This document shows positions 39,039 through 49,704 of a stretch of 64,000 nt of DNA, one piece after another. The translations under genes and the position numbers were made by a program. A model generated the notes under the pieces. The model had not been told where the DNA came from, did not search any database, and saw only the letters and a list, made by a program, of their open reading frames with translations. The stretch spans positions 512,001 to 576,000 of the forward strand of contig OZ244799.1 in assembly GCA_965219955.1 (NCBI GenBank), in the 5' to 3' direction. Source of the stretch: a bacterium (GTDB lineage: Bacteria > UBA8248). Each line of letters starts with the position of its first letter. The first letter of the stretch is position 1.

Positions 39039-40157
39039 ATGACGAATTCCGACCAGGAACTGCGCAGAACCTCCCTGTATGAAACCCACAAGGCCGCGGG
39101 TGCCAAGATGGTGCCCTTCGCCGGCTATGAGATGCCCGTCCAGTACACGGGCGTGATCGAAGAGCACCATGCGGTGCGAGAAGCCGCCGGCCTGTTCGAC
39201 GTGAGCCACATGGGCGAGTTCGAGGCGCGCGGAAAAGAGGCGGGCGCCTTCATCCACAAGATGGTGACGAACAACGTCAAGCGGCTCGAGGTGGGCGGCG
39301 TCCTGTATGCAGCCATGTGCAGAGCGGAAGGCGGGATCGTGGACGACCTCACGGTCTACCGGCTCGAAGAGGAGCGCTACATGGCCGTCGTGAACGCGGC
39401 GAACATCGAAAAGGACTGGGAGTGGATGGCTTCCCACCACGCCGAGGACTGCGCGTTCAAAAACGTGAGCGAGCAAACGGGCCTCCTCGCCCTGCAAGGC
39501 CCCAAGGCCGAGTCTATTTTAGCGAAACTGATTCCGGGCGGAGGGGACCTCGCGGCCATCCCCTATTACGGGGCGCGTTACGAGGACTTGGCGGGGCGTG
39601 AGGTGCTGGTCTCCCGCACGGGCTATACGGGAGAGGACGGCTTCGAGCTCTATTGCGAATCGGCCGATGCGCCCGCGGTCTGGAATGCCCTGATGAGCGA
39701 GGGCGGGGGCGATGGCCTCAAACCCTGCGGCCTCGGCGCGCGGGATACCCTGCGCACCGAGATGAAATTCGCCCTGTACGGAAACGACATCGACGAGTCC
39801 ACCCACCCGCTCGAAGCGGGCCTCGGCTGGGTGGTGAGGTACAAGGCGGGGGACTTCATCGGACGCGAGAAATTGCTGGCCTTAAAGGCCGAAGGCGTAA
39901 AGAGGAAACTGGTTGGATTCGAGATGGTGGATCGTGGTATTCCTCGACATGGAGCGCCCATCCTGATCGACGGCGAAGTGGCCGGCGAGGTGACGAGCGG
40001 GACGATGAGCCCCTCTCTTGGCAAAGCCATCGGGATAGGCTACGTTCCGGCGTCGAACGCGGACGAGGGCGCTGCTCTCGAAATCGATATACGCGGCAAG
40101 GCCAGACGGGCGCAGATAGTGAAGACGCCTTTTTACAAAAAGCCTGAAACGGAGTGA
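39039..40157 (+). CDS. gcvT: Glycine cleavage system aminomethyltransferase T
   Basis: [32 protein letters not shown]. Confidence 0.97.
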   Translation: MTNSDQELRRTSLYETHKAAGAKMVPFAGYEMPVQYTGVIEEHHAVREAAGLFDVSHMGEFEARGKEAGAFIHKMVTNNVKRLEVGGVLYAAMCRAEGGIVDDLTVYRLEEERYMAVVNAANIEKDWEWMASHHAEDCAFKNVSEQTGLLALQGPKAESILAKLIPGGGDLAAIPYYGARYEDLAGREVLVSRTGYTGEDGFELYCESADAPAVWNALMSEGGGDGLKPCGLGARDTLRTEMKFALYGNDIDESTHPLEAGLGWVVRYKAGDFIGREKLLALKAEGVKRKLVGFEMVDRGIPRHGAPILIDGEVAGEVTSGTMSPSLGKAIGIGYVPASNADEGAALEIDIRGKARRAQIVKTPFYKKPETE

Positions 40158-40221
40158 ATTTCGTTTCCTCGTAACAAATCAAAAGAATCTGCCGTCATCT
40201 AAAAGGGAGGCATTCAGGAGC

Positions 40222-40611
40222 ATGGAACTACCGAGCGGCCTCAAATATTCCAGAGAGCACGAGTGGGTGAGAGTAGAGGGAAACATCGCGGTGATTGGGA
40301 TTACGGACTTCGCCCAATCGGAATTGGGAGACGTCGTGTACGTCGAACTGCCCGAAGCCGGCACGGAAGTAGAGGCGAACAACACTTTCGGCGTTGTGGA
40401 GAGCGTCAAGGCGGTATCGGACCTCTTCGCGCCGGTCACCGGCGTCGTCGTCGAGGCGAACACCACGCTTGAGGATCAACCCGAACTCGTGAATTCGGAG
40501 CCGTATGAAGACGGCTGGATGATTCGGGTGGAGATGAAAGACGAGTCGGAGTTGAATGATCTCCTGGAAGCCGATTCTTACCGGGCGTACACCGAGGAGG
40601 AAGGCGGTTAG
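40222..40611 (+). CDS. gcvH: Glycine cleavage system H protein
   Basis: HEW, GITDFAQ, lipoyl-Lys motif VESVKA. Confidence 0.97.
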   Translation: MELPSGLKYSREHEWVRVEGNIAVIGITDFAQSELGDVVYVELPEAGTEVEANNTFGVVESVKAVSDLFAPVTGVVVEANTTLEDQPELVNSEPYEDGWMIRVEMKDESELNDLLEADSYRAYTEEEGG

Positions 40612-40718
40612 TCCGAACCGGCTTCCTCCTTCGCTCTGCGAGGGGTTAACCGTTTCCCTTGAACCTGAGCGGTAATGAAGTGTCCGCCTGAATCCCCATG
40701 ACCTGAAGGGGCGCATTC

Positions 40719-43607
40719 ATGCCGGAAACTCGCTTGTCTCTTGAGAATCTCGAAAATCGGGGAGAATTCATCCATCGCCACATCGCGCCGGGCGATGAAG
40801 CCATTGCGTCGATGCTGGGCGAAGTCGGCCTGGACTCCCTGGACGACCTGGTCGAAAAAGCCATCCCTGAATCCATCATTTCCCGGACTGAGCTGAATCT
40901 CGCCGCGCCCAGAACAGAACAGCAGGCTCTCGCGGATTTGGGTTCTTTCGCGGCCCGGAACCAGGTGTTCAGGTCCATGCTCGGCATGGGGTATTCGGAT
41001 TGCCACACCCCGACGGTGGTTCTCCGGAACATCCTGGAGAATCCGGGCTGGTACACGGCGTACACCCCCTATCAGCCGGAAATCTCGCAGGGGCGCATGG
41101 AAGCGCTGCTCAATTTCCAGACCATGATCATGGACCTCACCGGCATGGAGATCGCCAACGCCTCGTTGCTCGATGAGGGCACAGCAGCGGCAGAGGCGAT
41201 GACCATGGTGATGAACGCGAGCAGGAACAAGGGGCGCAAGTTCTTCATCTCGCAAGACTGTCACCCCCAGACCATAGAAGTGGTGCGCACGAGGGCGGAG
41301 CCTCAGGACATCGAGGTCGTGGTTGGTGATCACCGCGGCGGCGCGCCGGACGAGGATGTCTTCGGCGTCTTGCTTCAGTATCCCGCAACGGGCGGGGAGA
41401 TATTCGACTACGCCGGTTTTGCGGCCAGGGCGCACGAGAAAGATGCTTTGGTCGTCGTCGCCGCGGACATTCTCGCCCTGGCGCTCTTGAAACCCCCCGG
41501 TGAGTTCGGGGCGGACGTCGTCGTGGGCAACTCGCAGCGCTTCGGCGTACCCCTCGGCTTCGGCGGGCCGCACGCGGCTTATCTGGCGACCAGGGAGCAG
41601 TACAAGCGCGCCATGCCGGGCCGGATCGTCGGCGTATCCATCGACGCGGATGAAAAGCCCGCCCTGCGGCTGTCCTTACAGACGAGAGAGCAGCACATAC
41701 GCCGCGAGCGCGCCACGAGCAACATATGCACGGCCCAGGTGCTTCTGGCCGTCATCGCGAGCATGTACGGGGTGTACCACGGCCCGGACGGTGTCGGGAG
41801 GATCGCGCGGAGAACGCACCGTCTCGCAGGCGTGCTGGCCGATGGCCTGGAGCGCATGGGCTACGCTCTGGCGGCGGATTCTTTCTTCGACACCGTGGCG
41901 GTGCGCGTCGGCGCGGGAGGCGCTTCTCGCATTGTCGAAAAAGCGGCGGAGCGCCGCATGAACCTGAGAGCGCTCGATGAGGATACCGTCGGCGTCGCTT
42001 TTGATGAGACCACCGGGAGAGAGGACGTCGAGGCGCTCTGGGAGGTTTTTGCACCAGACGGCTCAGCCGGAATATCGTTCGATGACGTCGAGGCGAACGC
42101 GGCGGAGAGGATTCCGGAGTCCTTGCGAAGAACCTCGCCCTACATGACGCACCCGGTTTTCAATTCCTATCACGCGGAACATGAAATGCTGCGCTACATC
42201 TACCGACTTCAGGAAAAAGACATCGCCCTTACGCGCTCGATGATCCCTCTGGGTTCGTGCACCATGAAGCTGAACGCCACCACCGAGATGATTCCCGTGA
42301 CGTGGGAGGAATTCGGCGGCGTTCACCCCTTCGCGCCGGAGGAACAGGTGCGCGGGTACCGGGATTTCATCGCCGATCTGGAACACATGCTGGCCGAGTG
42401 CACGGGGTTCGATTCCATTTCCATGCAGCCCAACTCGGGTGCGCAGGGCGAATACGCCGGTTTGCTGGTCATCCGCAAATACCTTGAGAGCAAGAACGAG
42501 GGCTACCGGAACATCTGCCTGATCCCCAGTTCGGCCCACGGAACGAATCCCGCAAGCGCCGTCATGGCCGGTTTCGAGGTCGTGGTCGTCGATTGCGATT
42601 CGAACGGGAACGTGGACATCGCGGATCTCAGGGAGAAGGCGGAGAAATTTTCAGAAAAACTCGCCGCCCTGATGATCACCTATCCTTCGACGCACGGCGT
42701 TTTCGAGGAAGGCGTGGTGGAGATTTGCGAGGTCATCCACCGAAACGGCGGGCAGGTGTACATGGACGGCGCGAACCTGAACGCCCTGGTCGGCATCTGC
42801 AAGCCCGGTGAATTCGGTCCCGACGTCTCCCACATGAACCTCCACAAGACGTTCTGCATCCCCCACGGCGGCGGCGGGCCGGGCATGGGCCCCATCGGCG
42901 TCGTGAAGCATCTGTCTCCTTACCTGCCGAAACATTCGGTGGTTTCGGGCGTCGGGCCGGAGACGGGCGTGGATGCGATTTCCGCGGCGCCCTGGGGAAG
43001 CGCGGGGATTCTGCCCATCTCCTGGATGTATATCGCCATGATGGGCGGCGAGGGCCTCGTCAAGGCGACGCAGGTGGCCATTCTGAACGCGAATTACGTG
43101 GCCCGGAGGCTCGAACCCCACTATGAGGTTCTCTACAAGGGGGCGAACGGCATGGTGGCGCATGAGTGCATCATCGACATCAGGCCCCTGCAGGAAGTTT
43201 CCGGCGTGACGAACGAGGACATCGCGAAGCGCCTGATGGACTACGGCTTCCACGCGCCCACGATGTCCTTCCCGGTGGCGGGAACCTTGATGATCGAGCC
43301 GACGGAGAGCGAATCGCGAGAAGAACTGGATCGTTTCTGCGACGCGATGATCGACATCAGGCGCGATATCCAGGAGATCGCGGACGGGCTGATGAGCGCG
43401 GAGGACAACGCGCTCAAGAACGCGCCCCACACGGCGTCGGACATCGCAGCCGATGAATGGACTCACCCCTATTCGCGCGAGAAGGCCGTTTTCCCGCTTC
43501 CCTGGGTGCGCGCGGCGAAGTACTGGCCTCCCGTCAAGCGGGTGAACAATCCCTATGGAGACAGGAACCTGGTCTGCTCTTGCCTGCCGGTCGAAAACTA
43601 CGCCTGA
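40719..43607 (+). CDS. gcvP: Glycine dehydrogenase (decarboxylating), single-chain P protein
   Basis: [32 protein letters not shown]. Confidence 0.98.
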   Translation: MPETRLSLENLENRGEFIHRHIAPGDEAIASMLGEVGLDSLDDLVEKAIPESIISRTELNLAAPRTEQQALADLGSFAARNQVFRSMLGMGYSDCHTPTVVLRNILENPGWYTAYTPYQPEISQGRMEALLNFQTMIMDLTGMEIANASLLDEGTAAAEAMTMVMNASRNKGRKFFISQDCHPQTIEVVRTRAEPQDIEVVVGDHRGGAPDEDVFGVLLQYPATGGEIFDYAGFAARAHEKDALVVVAADILALALLKPPGEFGADVVVGNSQRFGVPLGFGGPHAAYLATREQYKRAMPGRIVGVSIDADEKPALRLSLQTREQHIRRERATSNICTAQVLLAVIASMYGVYHGPDGVGRIARRTHRLAGVLADGLERMGYALAADSFFDTVAVRVGAGGASRIVEKAAERRMNLRALDEDTVGVAFDETTGREDVEALWEVFAPDGSAGISFDDVEANAAERIPESLRRTSPYMTHPVFNSYHAEHEMLRYIYRLQEKDIALTRSMIPLGSCTMKLNATTEMIPVTWEEFGGVHPFAPEEQVRGYRDFIADLEHMLAECTGFDSISMQPNSGAQGEYAGLLVIRKYLESKNEGYRNICLIPSSAHGTNPASAVMAGFEVVVVDCDSNGNVDIADLREKAEKFSEKLAALMITYPSTHGVFEEGVVEICEVIHRNGGQVYMDGANLNALVGICKPGEFGPDVSHMNLHKTFCIPHGGGGPGMGPIGVVKHLSPYLPKHSVVSGVGPETGVDAISAAPWGSAGILPISWMYIAMMGGEGLVKATQVAILNANYVARRLEPHYEVLYKGANGMVAHECIIDIRPLQEVSGVTNEDIAKRLMDYGFHAPTMSFPVAGTLMIEPTESESREELDRFCDAMIDIRRDIQEIADGLMSAEDNALKNAPHTASDIAADEWTHPYSREKAVFPLPWVRAAKYWPPVKRVNNPYGDRNLVCSCLPVENYA

Positions 43608-43609
43608 GA

Positions 43610-44458
43610 ATGGAACCCGCAAACCCTGAACTCGGGGAAATCCCCCATGCGCGTTTCTTGAACACGGGCGAGTCCACCGCCGCCTGGAACATGGCGGTGG
43701 ATGAGTTGTTGTTCGAGGGTTGCCGGGCTCATTTGAGAGAAGGCCGTCCTCCCGAGGAGGCGCCTCTCACATTTCGCGTCTACGCCTGGTCGCCCCCGGC
43801 CATCTCCCTGGGACGCGGCCAGGCCGCCGGGCGCGATATTTTCCTGGAACGGCTCGCGGATGAGGGAATCGACATCTGCCGGAGGCTCACCGGCGGGCGC
43901 GCGGTGCTCCACGATTGTGAGCTGACGTATTCCGTCACGGGTTCGCAGGCTCTTCTGGGTGACGCGATTGAAGAGACCTATCACAGGATCAGCCTAGGGC
44001 TGGCCGAAGGGCTGGCGGCCCTGGGCGCGCAGGTCGAGTTGGCGCCCCCGAGCGGGAGCGCGTACGCCTCCCAGGGTTCCTGTTTCGCCACGGCGTCGGT
44101 GTGGGAGCTTTCTATCGGCGGGAAAAAGATGGTGGGCAGCGCGCAATGCCGCGAGGGCGGCGCGGTGTTGCAGCACGGCAGCGTCCTGCTCCGTTCTTCG
44201 GAGGAGCGGCTGGCGAGTCTCCTCAAACCGAGGGGGGGCGAGCGCCTGCTCACCCGAAACGCCCACGCGGTCGGTCTCCGGGAGGTCCTGGGGGAGGAAA
44301 TCTCGTTTCGTGAGGTGGCCGAGGCCTTGAAGGCGGGTTTGGAGAAGGTGCTTGGTTTTCGCTTTCTCCCGGCTGCGCTGACGAGTGCCGAGAATGCGAG
44401 GGCGCTGGAAATATCCCGGTCCCGATATGAAAATCGGGAGTGGACGCTGGCAAGGTAA
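43610..44458 (+). CDS. Lipoate-protein ligase / octanoyltransferase (LplA/LipM family)
   Basis: NMAVDE, RRLTGGRAVLH, KMVGSAQ, LQHGS; lies directly after gcvP. Confidence 0.9.
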   Translation: MEPANPELGEIPHARFLNTGESTAAWNMAVDELLFEGCRAHLREGRPPEEAPLTFRVYAWSPPAISLGRGQAAGRDIFLERLADEGIDICRRLTGGRAVLHDCELTYSVTGSQALLGDAIEETYHRISLGLAEGLAALGAQVELAPPSGSAYASQGSCFATASVWELSIGGKKMVGSAQCREGGAVLQHGSVLLRSSEERLASLLKPRGGERLLTRNAHAVGLREVLGEEISFREVAEALKAGLEKVLGFRFLPAALTSAENARALEISRSRYENREWTLAR

Positions 44459-44835
44459 CGAGGCGTTCACCGCTTGGTCGTGTCTCAGTTTGAAAAACCA
44501 GCTTGAACCACACCATATTTTTTGTGACGAACAAATGGGATCGACATTCAATGTCGGTCTTTTTTTGACCAAAGAGAGCGTCTGACATGCCGTGCATTCA
44601 TGTGCATAAAACTGCATACGGGTGCAATTTAGAGCAACATAAAAACCACAGGGGAGAAAGGAGACGACAATGAAGATGAAATGAATACGTTGTGAGGTGG
44701 ATTTCGATGTATTCAATGATGCTGCTATGAAAATAGGGCAAAGAGACGATTATTGAACAAATGTTCAAAAATAGCCTTGACGCGATATGGCGCGATTTGA
44801 CACAATGGAACGCCCAATAGATAGAGGACTGTTTG

Positions 44836-45294
44836 ATGAACATTGAGGAAGAAATCAGAAGGCTCGTCCCCCTCGTAAAAGAAACGAATCAACGCTTGGA
44901 GAAGCTTGGGAATGAGGTCGCGGGGCGCTTCGAGAAAATGGATCAGCGCTTCGAGAAAGTGGAGCAGCGCTTCGGGAAACTCGAGGAAGGAGTGGAGGAG
45001 GGTTTCGAGGAAGTGGATCAGCGCTTCGGGAAACTCGAGGAGGAAGTGGCGGAGGGTTTCGAGAAAGTGAATCAGCGCTTTGAGAAATTCGAGGAGGAAG
45101 TGGCGGAGGGTTTCGGGAAAGTGAATCAGCGTTTCGAGAAATTCGAGGAGGAAGTGGCGGAGGGTTTCGGGAAAGTGGATCAACGCTTCAATGGTATTGA
45201 AGAGTATCTCGAGCTGGTTGACGGGAAGCTCGAAGGCATTTCGGTGAAGGTGGAATTTCTGGATGAATTTCGTGAGAAAGTGGAAGGGCGATAA
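44836..45294 (+). CDS. Coiled-coil repeat protein (QRF repeats)
   Basis: GAGGA RBS; repeats of (V)DQRFGKLEEEVAEGFEK. Confidence 0.75.
   Translation: MNIEEEIRRLVPLVKETNQRLEKLGNEVAGRFEKMDQRFEKVEQRFGKLEEGVEEGFEEVDQRFGKLEEEVAEGFEKVNQRFEKFEEEVAEGFGKVNQRFEKFEEEVAEGFGKVDQRFNGIEEYLELVDGKLEGISVKVEFLDEFREKVEGR
44965..45180 (+). repeat. Four tandem 54-nt coding repeats
   Basis: Units start at 44965, 45019, 45073 and 45127, each with CAGCG(C/T)TT...; they are preceded by 21-nt partial units. Confidence 0.9.
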
Positions 45295-45309
45295 TATCTA
45301 CAGGCCCTG

Positions 45310-45485
45310 ATGGACAAAAAACCAGGCGACGCGGTGGGTTGCGCCGTCAAGGTCGTGAAGATCGCCACAGGTGAAATAAAATCCCAGCACAGGTAATCGC
45401 CCGGAAGGGCGGTCAGGCGCGTTCCGACAAACTCTCACCCGAACGGCGAAAAGAGATCGCCAAGAACGCGCGGCGGCGCGTTGGG
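45310..45485 (+). pseudogene. Frameshifted small 'IATGE...KGG.AR..KL...R.EIA' protein of a family often found next to IS elements
   Basis: MDKKPGDAVGCAVKVVKIATGEIK, then in other frames KGGQARSDKLSPERRKEIAKNA / AAARW. Confidence 0.6.
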
Positions 45486-45884
45486 AGATTCCCGCAAACT
45501 AAGAATGGATATGTTCTGCCAGGAATAAATAATGGCCACAAGAAAAGAGTATCAGGAAGAAATATTTGCTTGTAGGAAAAGTCCGTGCGCCATTGCCGGC
45601 TGATACCTCAACCAATCCCAGATAGAGTCTCTTTGTTATGTTTTGAGAAGCTCCGATCCACCAGAATATGTTTCGAATGCTTTTGAGCATCATGCTGGGA
45701 ATCTATTGCAATACATAGGGCTTACAGATCCGAAAGCAAAAGAGTTTTTTCATCGGTTGTTGGAGAACCTTGAGGACAGAGGCGATCTGACATTTTCAAA
45801 CTGAGACACTACTCACCGATTGCATTATTTTACCTCCCATTTCCTTGACACTGTCGGCGGCATGGCCCTATCGTTCGTATGTAG

Positions 45885-45959
<75 letters not shown>

Positions 45960-46014
45960 TTCATCGAGTCGGGCCACGGCCCGGCGTTTCACTCGCATCC
46001 GGGAATTTGTGTCC

Positions 46015-46890
46015 ATGCCGCATGACTTTCACTTCAATGGCGTCTCCCTGGATGAAAAGGTCGTGGAGTTTCACACCCATTCGAACATGTCCGATGGTTT
46101 GTATTCTCCCGAAAAGCTCATCCAACGGGCGAAGCGCGCCGGGGTTCACGTCATATCACTTACGGATCACGACACGGTCGCAGGTTTGCCGCGCGCAGGC
46201 GCGGAGGCGAAAAAGTTGGGAATGGAATTCATTCCGGGCATCGAATTCTCCTGCGTTCATCATGAGCGGAGCGTGCACGTTCTCGGCCATTTCATACGGC
46301 AGGGCGCGCCTCGTCTCGCGGAGCAGATAGAGACGCGCGGCTCCAGCAGGGTGGAGAGGATGGGAGAGATGATCGATCGGCTGGGCCGCTGCGGCCTGCG
46401 TTTGGACAAGGAGGATTTTTTCGCCGTCTATGCGGACAGCCCGAGCATCACCCGGGGCCAGTTGGGGGCGTATATGCTCGGGAAAGGGCTCGCCAAATCG
46501 CGCGAGGAGGTCTTTGAGAAATACATCGGTGAAAGCGCGCCTTGCTACGTGGAGCTGAATATCCTTACTCCTTTTGACGCGCTCGAACTCATTCATGACG
46601 CCGGCGGGGTCGCCACCCTCGCGCATCCGATGTTGAGCGAGTGTGATGAAATCATTCCGCAACTGGCCGAAGCGGGACTCGCAGGCATCGAGGTGGAACA
46701 TCCCTCCCAGGACGCGGATGCGCAGCGCCATTACCGGAAAATGGCGGAAGAACACGGGCTTTTGTGTCTGGGAGGCTCCGATTGCCACGGCGTCCCCCAC
46801 GGGCGTGACAGGTTGGGGAGATTCTCACAGCCCTTGCGTTTGTTTCTTGAATTGTCGGAACGGGCGAAAACTCGAAGGACGACAACATAA
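46015..46890 (+). CDS. PHP domain phosphoesterase (TrpH/YciV-like)
   Basis: HTHSNMSDG, LTDHDT, GIEFS, HVLG, AHP, GGSDCHG. Confidence 0.9.
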   Translation: MPHDFHFNGVSLDEKVVEFHTHSNMSDGLYSPEKLIQRAKRAGVHVISLTDHDTVAGLPRAGAEAKKLGMEFIPGIEFSCVHHERSVHVLGHFIRQGAPRLAEQIETRGSSRVERMGEMIDRLGRCGLRLDKEDFFAVYADSPSITRGQLGAYMLGKGLAKSREEVFEKYIGESAPCYVELNILTPFDALELIHDAGGVATLAHPMLSECDEIIPQLAEAGLAGIEVEHPSQDADAQRHYRKMAEEHGLLCLGGSDCHGVPHGRDRLGRFSQPLRLFLELSERAKTRRTTT

Positions 46891-46900
46891 GGAACGCCAT

Positions 46901-47968
46901 ATGGCGCTTCAGGATCAATTCATACGCCGCTGGCGGCTTCTCAGGGCTCTGGAGAGCGGAGAGAGCTGGTCTTATGAAGAACTCCTTGCGCTTTTGAGCG
47001 AGGAGTCGGCCGAGGGCGACGGCCAGGCGTGGAGTTTGAGAACGCTTCAGCGGGATATTTCGCATTTGATGAAGGCGGGATTCCCGCTGGAGAGGGTTCG
47101 CGCAGGCCGGAAGATAAGGTATCGTTTATTGGGAGAGTTTGTGAATTCGGTGCCTGAGCCGTTTTTGCCTTCCCAGTGGGCGTCATTGTATTACGCCCTG
47201 TGCATGTTGCGGGATTTGCCGAGCAGCCCGTTGAAGGAGGAATCGTTTAACGAAAGCATCTCCGGTGTCTTGAGCCGGCTGCGGAGTTACATTCCTGCGG
47301 CTTTGCGCGCCTATGCGGAGGGCGTGGAGCCGCGCTACGCCGGGGTCGTGGGAGCGCTCAGGGAGCATGGACGGCAGCGCAGGGTGGGCTCCGCTTTGCT
47401 CGAGGCGATAGCAAAGGGAAAACCCGCGCGAATCCTGGCGGCCCGCGCAGGCGAGATTCGAAAGCGCTGGTGGAAGATAGACCCTTACCTCCTGCATTTT
47501 GAAGGCGGGAATTATCATCTGCTGGCGCGGGAATCGGAAAAAAACGCCCTGGGCGTCTGGCATCTGGAGGGCATAGAAAGCGTTCGAATCACAGCCGGGG
47601 CTTTCCAGATGCCGCTGGGGCTGGATTTGAAGGCTTTGCTGGCCGAGTGCTTGCGCGAAGCGATGAATAATGGTTTGAATGTGAGGGTCCGATTCGGGAG
47701 GGATGTGGCGCTTCATGCGGTTGTCGCCTTCATGAAAGAAGCATTCGGCGAAGCAGAGCATTTGAAAAAATCGAGCAGATCGAGTCGGGACATTACGGTT
47801 CGGGTAAGTGATATATGGGGTTTCAGACGATGGCTGATGTCTTTCGGCCAGGAAGCGGAGTTGATGGCTCCGGCCGAATTGCGCGATGCGGTCGCTCAGG
47901 ATCTGGAAGCCGCCTTGAAGAAGTACCGCAAGGGCCGTCGCGGAAGAAAAGCAGCCAATCCGGCCTGA
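46901..47968 (+). CDS. HTH-WYL-WCX transcriptional regulator (PafB/YafY-like)
   Basis: HTH 'SLRTLQRDISHLMKAGFPL', WYL-like 'IDPYLL...YHLLA...WHLEGIESV', and WCX 'WLMSFGQEAELMAPAELR'. Confidence 0.8.
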   Translation: MALQDQFIRRWRLLRALESGESWSYEELLALLSEESAEGDGQAWSLRTLQRDISHLMKAGFPLERVRAGRKIRYRLLGEFVNSVPEPFLPSQWASLYYALCMLRDLPSSPLKEESFNESISGVLSRLRSYIPAALRAYAEGVEPRYAGVVGALREHGRQRRVGSALLEAIAKGKPARILAARAGEIRKRWWKIDPYLLHFEGGNYHLLARESEKNALGVWHLEGIESVRITAGAFQMPLGLDLKALLAECLREAMNNGLNVRVRFGRDVALHAVVAFMKEAFGEAEHLKKSSRSSRDITVRVSDIWGFRRWLMSFGQEAELMAPAELRDAVAQDLEAALKKYRKGRRGRKAANPA

Positions 47969-47991
47969 TAAATTGTTGAGGAGGGCCTGAT

Positions 47992-48273
47992 ATGAGATTG
48001 AGAAAAGAGATGATTGAGCGAATCGCCAACAAGATTGTCGAGAGGCTGAACCGCCGTGAACTGATATCCGAGGATTCGAATCAGGAAGTGCTCAGGACGC
48101 GGATTGCGCACGTCATCGAGGCGGACTTGCTGGTCGAGGATCGCTTGAACGACGAGGTCAAGGAAATCCTGCGGGATTTCGAAGATGAAATGGACAGGGG
48201 CAATGTGGACTACAGCCGGATGTTTACGATGGTGAAAACAAAGCTGGCGCGCGAGCGGAATCTCGTGCTTTAG
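47992..48273 (+). CDS. DUF507 family protein
   Basis: MRL...EDRLNDEVKEIL...MF..VK.KLARER pattern. Confidence 0.78.
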   Translation: MRLRKEMIERIANKIVERLNRRELISEDSNQEVLRTRIAHVIEADLLVEDRLNDEVKEILRDFEDEMDRGNVDYSRMFTMVKTKLARERNLVL

Positions 48274-48323
48274 CGGCATGAAGAAGTTTTTTGGATCATT
48301 TCATATACAAGGAGAGCGCGGTC

Positions 48324-48599
48324 ATGAAACTCAGCCGCGAGAAGATCAATCATCTGACGAATCTGGTCGTCAAGGATATGGAAGAGTGCGAGGACGTGGA
48401 TTTTCTGGTCGAGCCCCAGGAATTGCGCATGAATGTTCTGCGCGCCATAAGCAACGAGTTGATCATTGATGACGAGATAGAAGAAGAGGTGCGAAGAATT
48501 TTGAGCACGTATTCCAGCAGGCTGGTGGAGGGAAGTCGTGACTGGGAGATACTCTTCAACAAGCATTATGATCAAGAGGCCAAACGGCGGGGAATTTGA
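48324..48599 (+). CDS. DUF507 family protein (second, tandem)
   Basis: MKLSREKINHL...EGSRDWEILFNKHY pattern; AGGAG RBS. Confidence 0.75.
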   Translation: MKLSREKINHLTNLVVKDMEECEDVDFLVEPQELRMNVLRAISNELIIDDEIEEEVRRILSTYSSRLVEGSRDWEILFNKHYDQEAKRRGI

Positions 48600-48611
48600 T
48601 CTTCTGGACTG

Positions 48612-49253
48612 ATGTCTTCATATGATGCTTCCCGAAAAATGGAAAGCGGTGACGTGCGCAAGGTTGGCCTGACCGGGGGAATCGCCAGCGGAAAATCCAC
48701 GGTAAGCGGGATGTTCCGGGATCTGGGCGTTCCGGTAATCGACGCGGACGTCATCGCGCGCGAGGTGGTTGCTCCCGGCTCTCGCGCTCTCGGGGCGATT
48801 GTCGATGCTTTTGGTGAAGAAGTCCTCACCGATGAAAAGAGCCTGAACCGGGCCCGGCTCGGGGAGATCGTTTTTTCCGATCCGGCGAAAAAGAAAGTTC
48901 TGGAGCGTATTCTGCACCCCGAAATCATAGCGGAGCAGGACAGGCGGCTGAGAGGCCTCGAGCGGGAGGGGCGGACGCCCCTCGCGATTGTGGACGCCGC
49001 CGTCATGATCGAGTCCGGGAGCTGGAAGCGGTTCGACTCGATAGTGGTTGTCGATTGTGATGAATCTCAGCAGATTAGCCGGTTGCGTCACCGGAACGCG
49101 ATGAGTGAAGAGCAAGCCGTCAGGCGCGTCAATGCGCAGATGCCTCTTTCGGAAAAAGTAAAATATGCGAACCACGTGATTGACAATCGCGGCTCGATCG
49201 ATGATACCCGAAAGCAGGTAGAGGAGTTGAAGAAAGTACTTTCGAGGAAATGA
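48612..49253 (+). CDS. coaE: Dephospho-CoA kinase
   Basis: VGLTGGIASGKST, IDAD, ILHP, Q.PL.EK; start could be ATG ~48639. Confidence 0.95.
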   Translation: MSSYDASRKMESGDVRKVGLTGGIASGKSTVSGMFRDLGVPVIDADVIAREVVAPGSRALGAIVDAFGEEVLTDEKSLNRARLGEIVFSDPAKKKVLERILHPEIIAEQDRRLRGLEREGRTPLAIVDAAVMIESGSWKRFDSIVVVDCDESQQISRLRHRNAMSEEQAVRRVNAQMPLSEKVKYANHVIDNRGSIDDTRKQVEELKKVLSRK

Positions 49254-49264
49254 AATTAAAAGTG

Positions 49265-49293
49265 TTGACAAATTTGCCTGAACTGATTATTTT
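49265..49293 (+). promoter_or_regulatory. Putative sigma70 promoter upstream of rho
   Basis: TTGACA-17 nt-TATTTT preceded by an AT-rich UP-like tract. Confidence 0.6.
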
Positions 49294-49704
49294 TTTGAAA
49301 CACTTGTGAATTCTATTCCTGATAAGTTTTCGTCGCCCTGAATTTCAAACACCATCTGATGCGCAATGTTTTGGAACTTTAGATTAAAAGAGAACTTGTC
49401 TTGTGAGAAATATAAGGATTCTCAGTCATATTTCTGTCCTCGGATGAATACATTTCCAAATATGGGTTTATGCGCGCGCCCATGATTGGCTCTGAAAAAC
49501 ACCAGATGCGCGATTCGCATCGCACCCGGCGATGAGAACCTGCTTTTGAATCAGACGTGAAGGAATTTCATTTCATCGACTTTACCGCTTGAGGCTAGGA
49601 GGAAAAGTCTCCCCGCGCAGAATGTGGCGATTGGTGCGACCAGAAAGCATCATCTCACGTTCCAGGCGGTAAAAGGTTCCCACCTAACCAAGGAGAAGGG
49701 AGTT

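Noticed and set aside
38875-40718. Glycine riboswitch upstream of gcvT or gcvP
   Set aside because: I could not find the GGAGA...CCGAAG...CTCTCAGG core. Only generic hairpins are seen at 40595-40710.
44941-45190. Possible CRISPR array
   Set aside because: The units are contiguous in-frame coding repeats with no unique spacers, and there are no cas genes. The REP cassettes also lack regular repeat-spacer periodicity.
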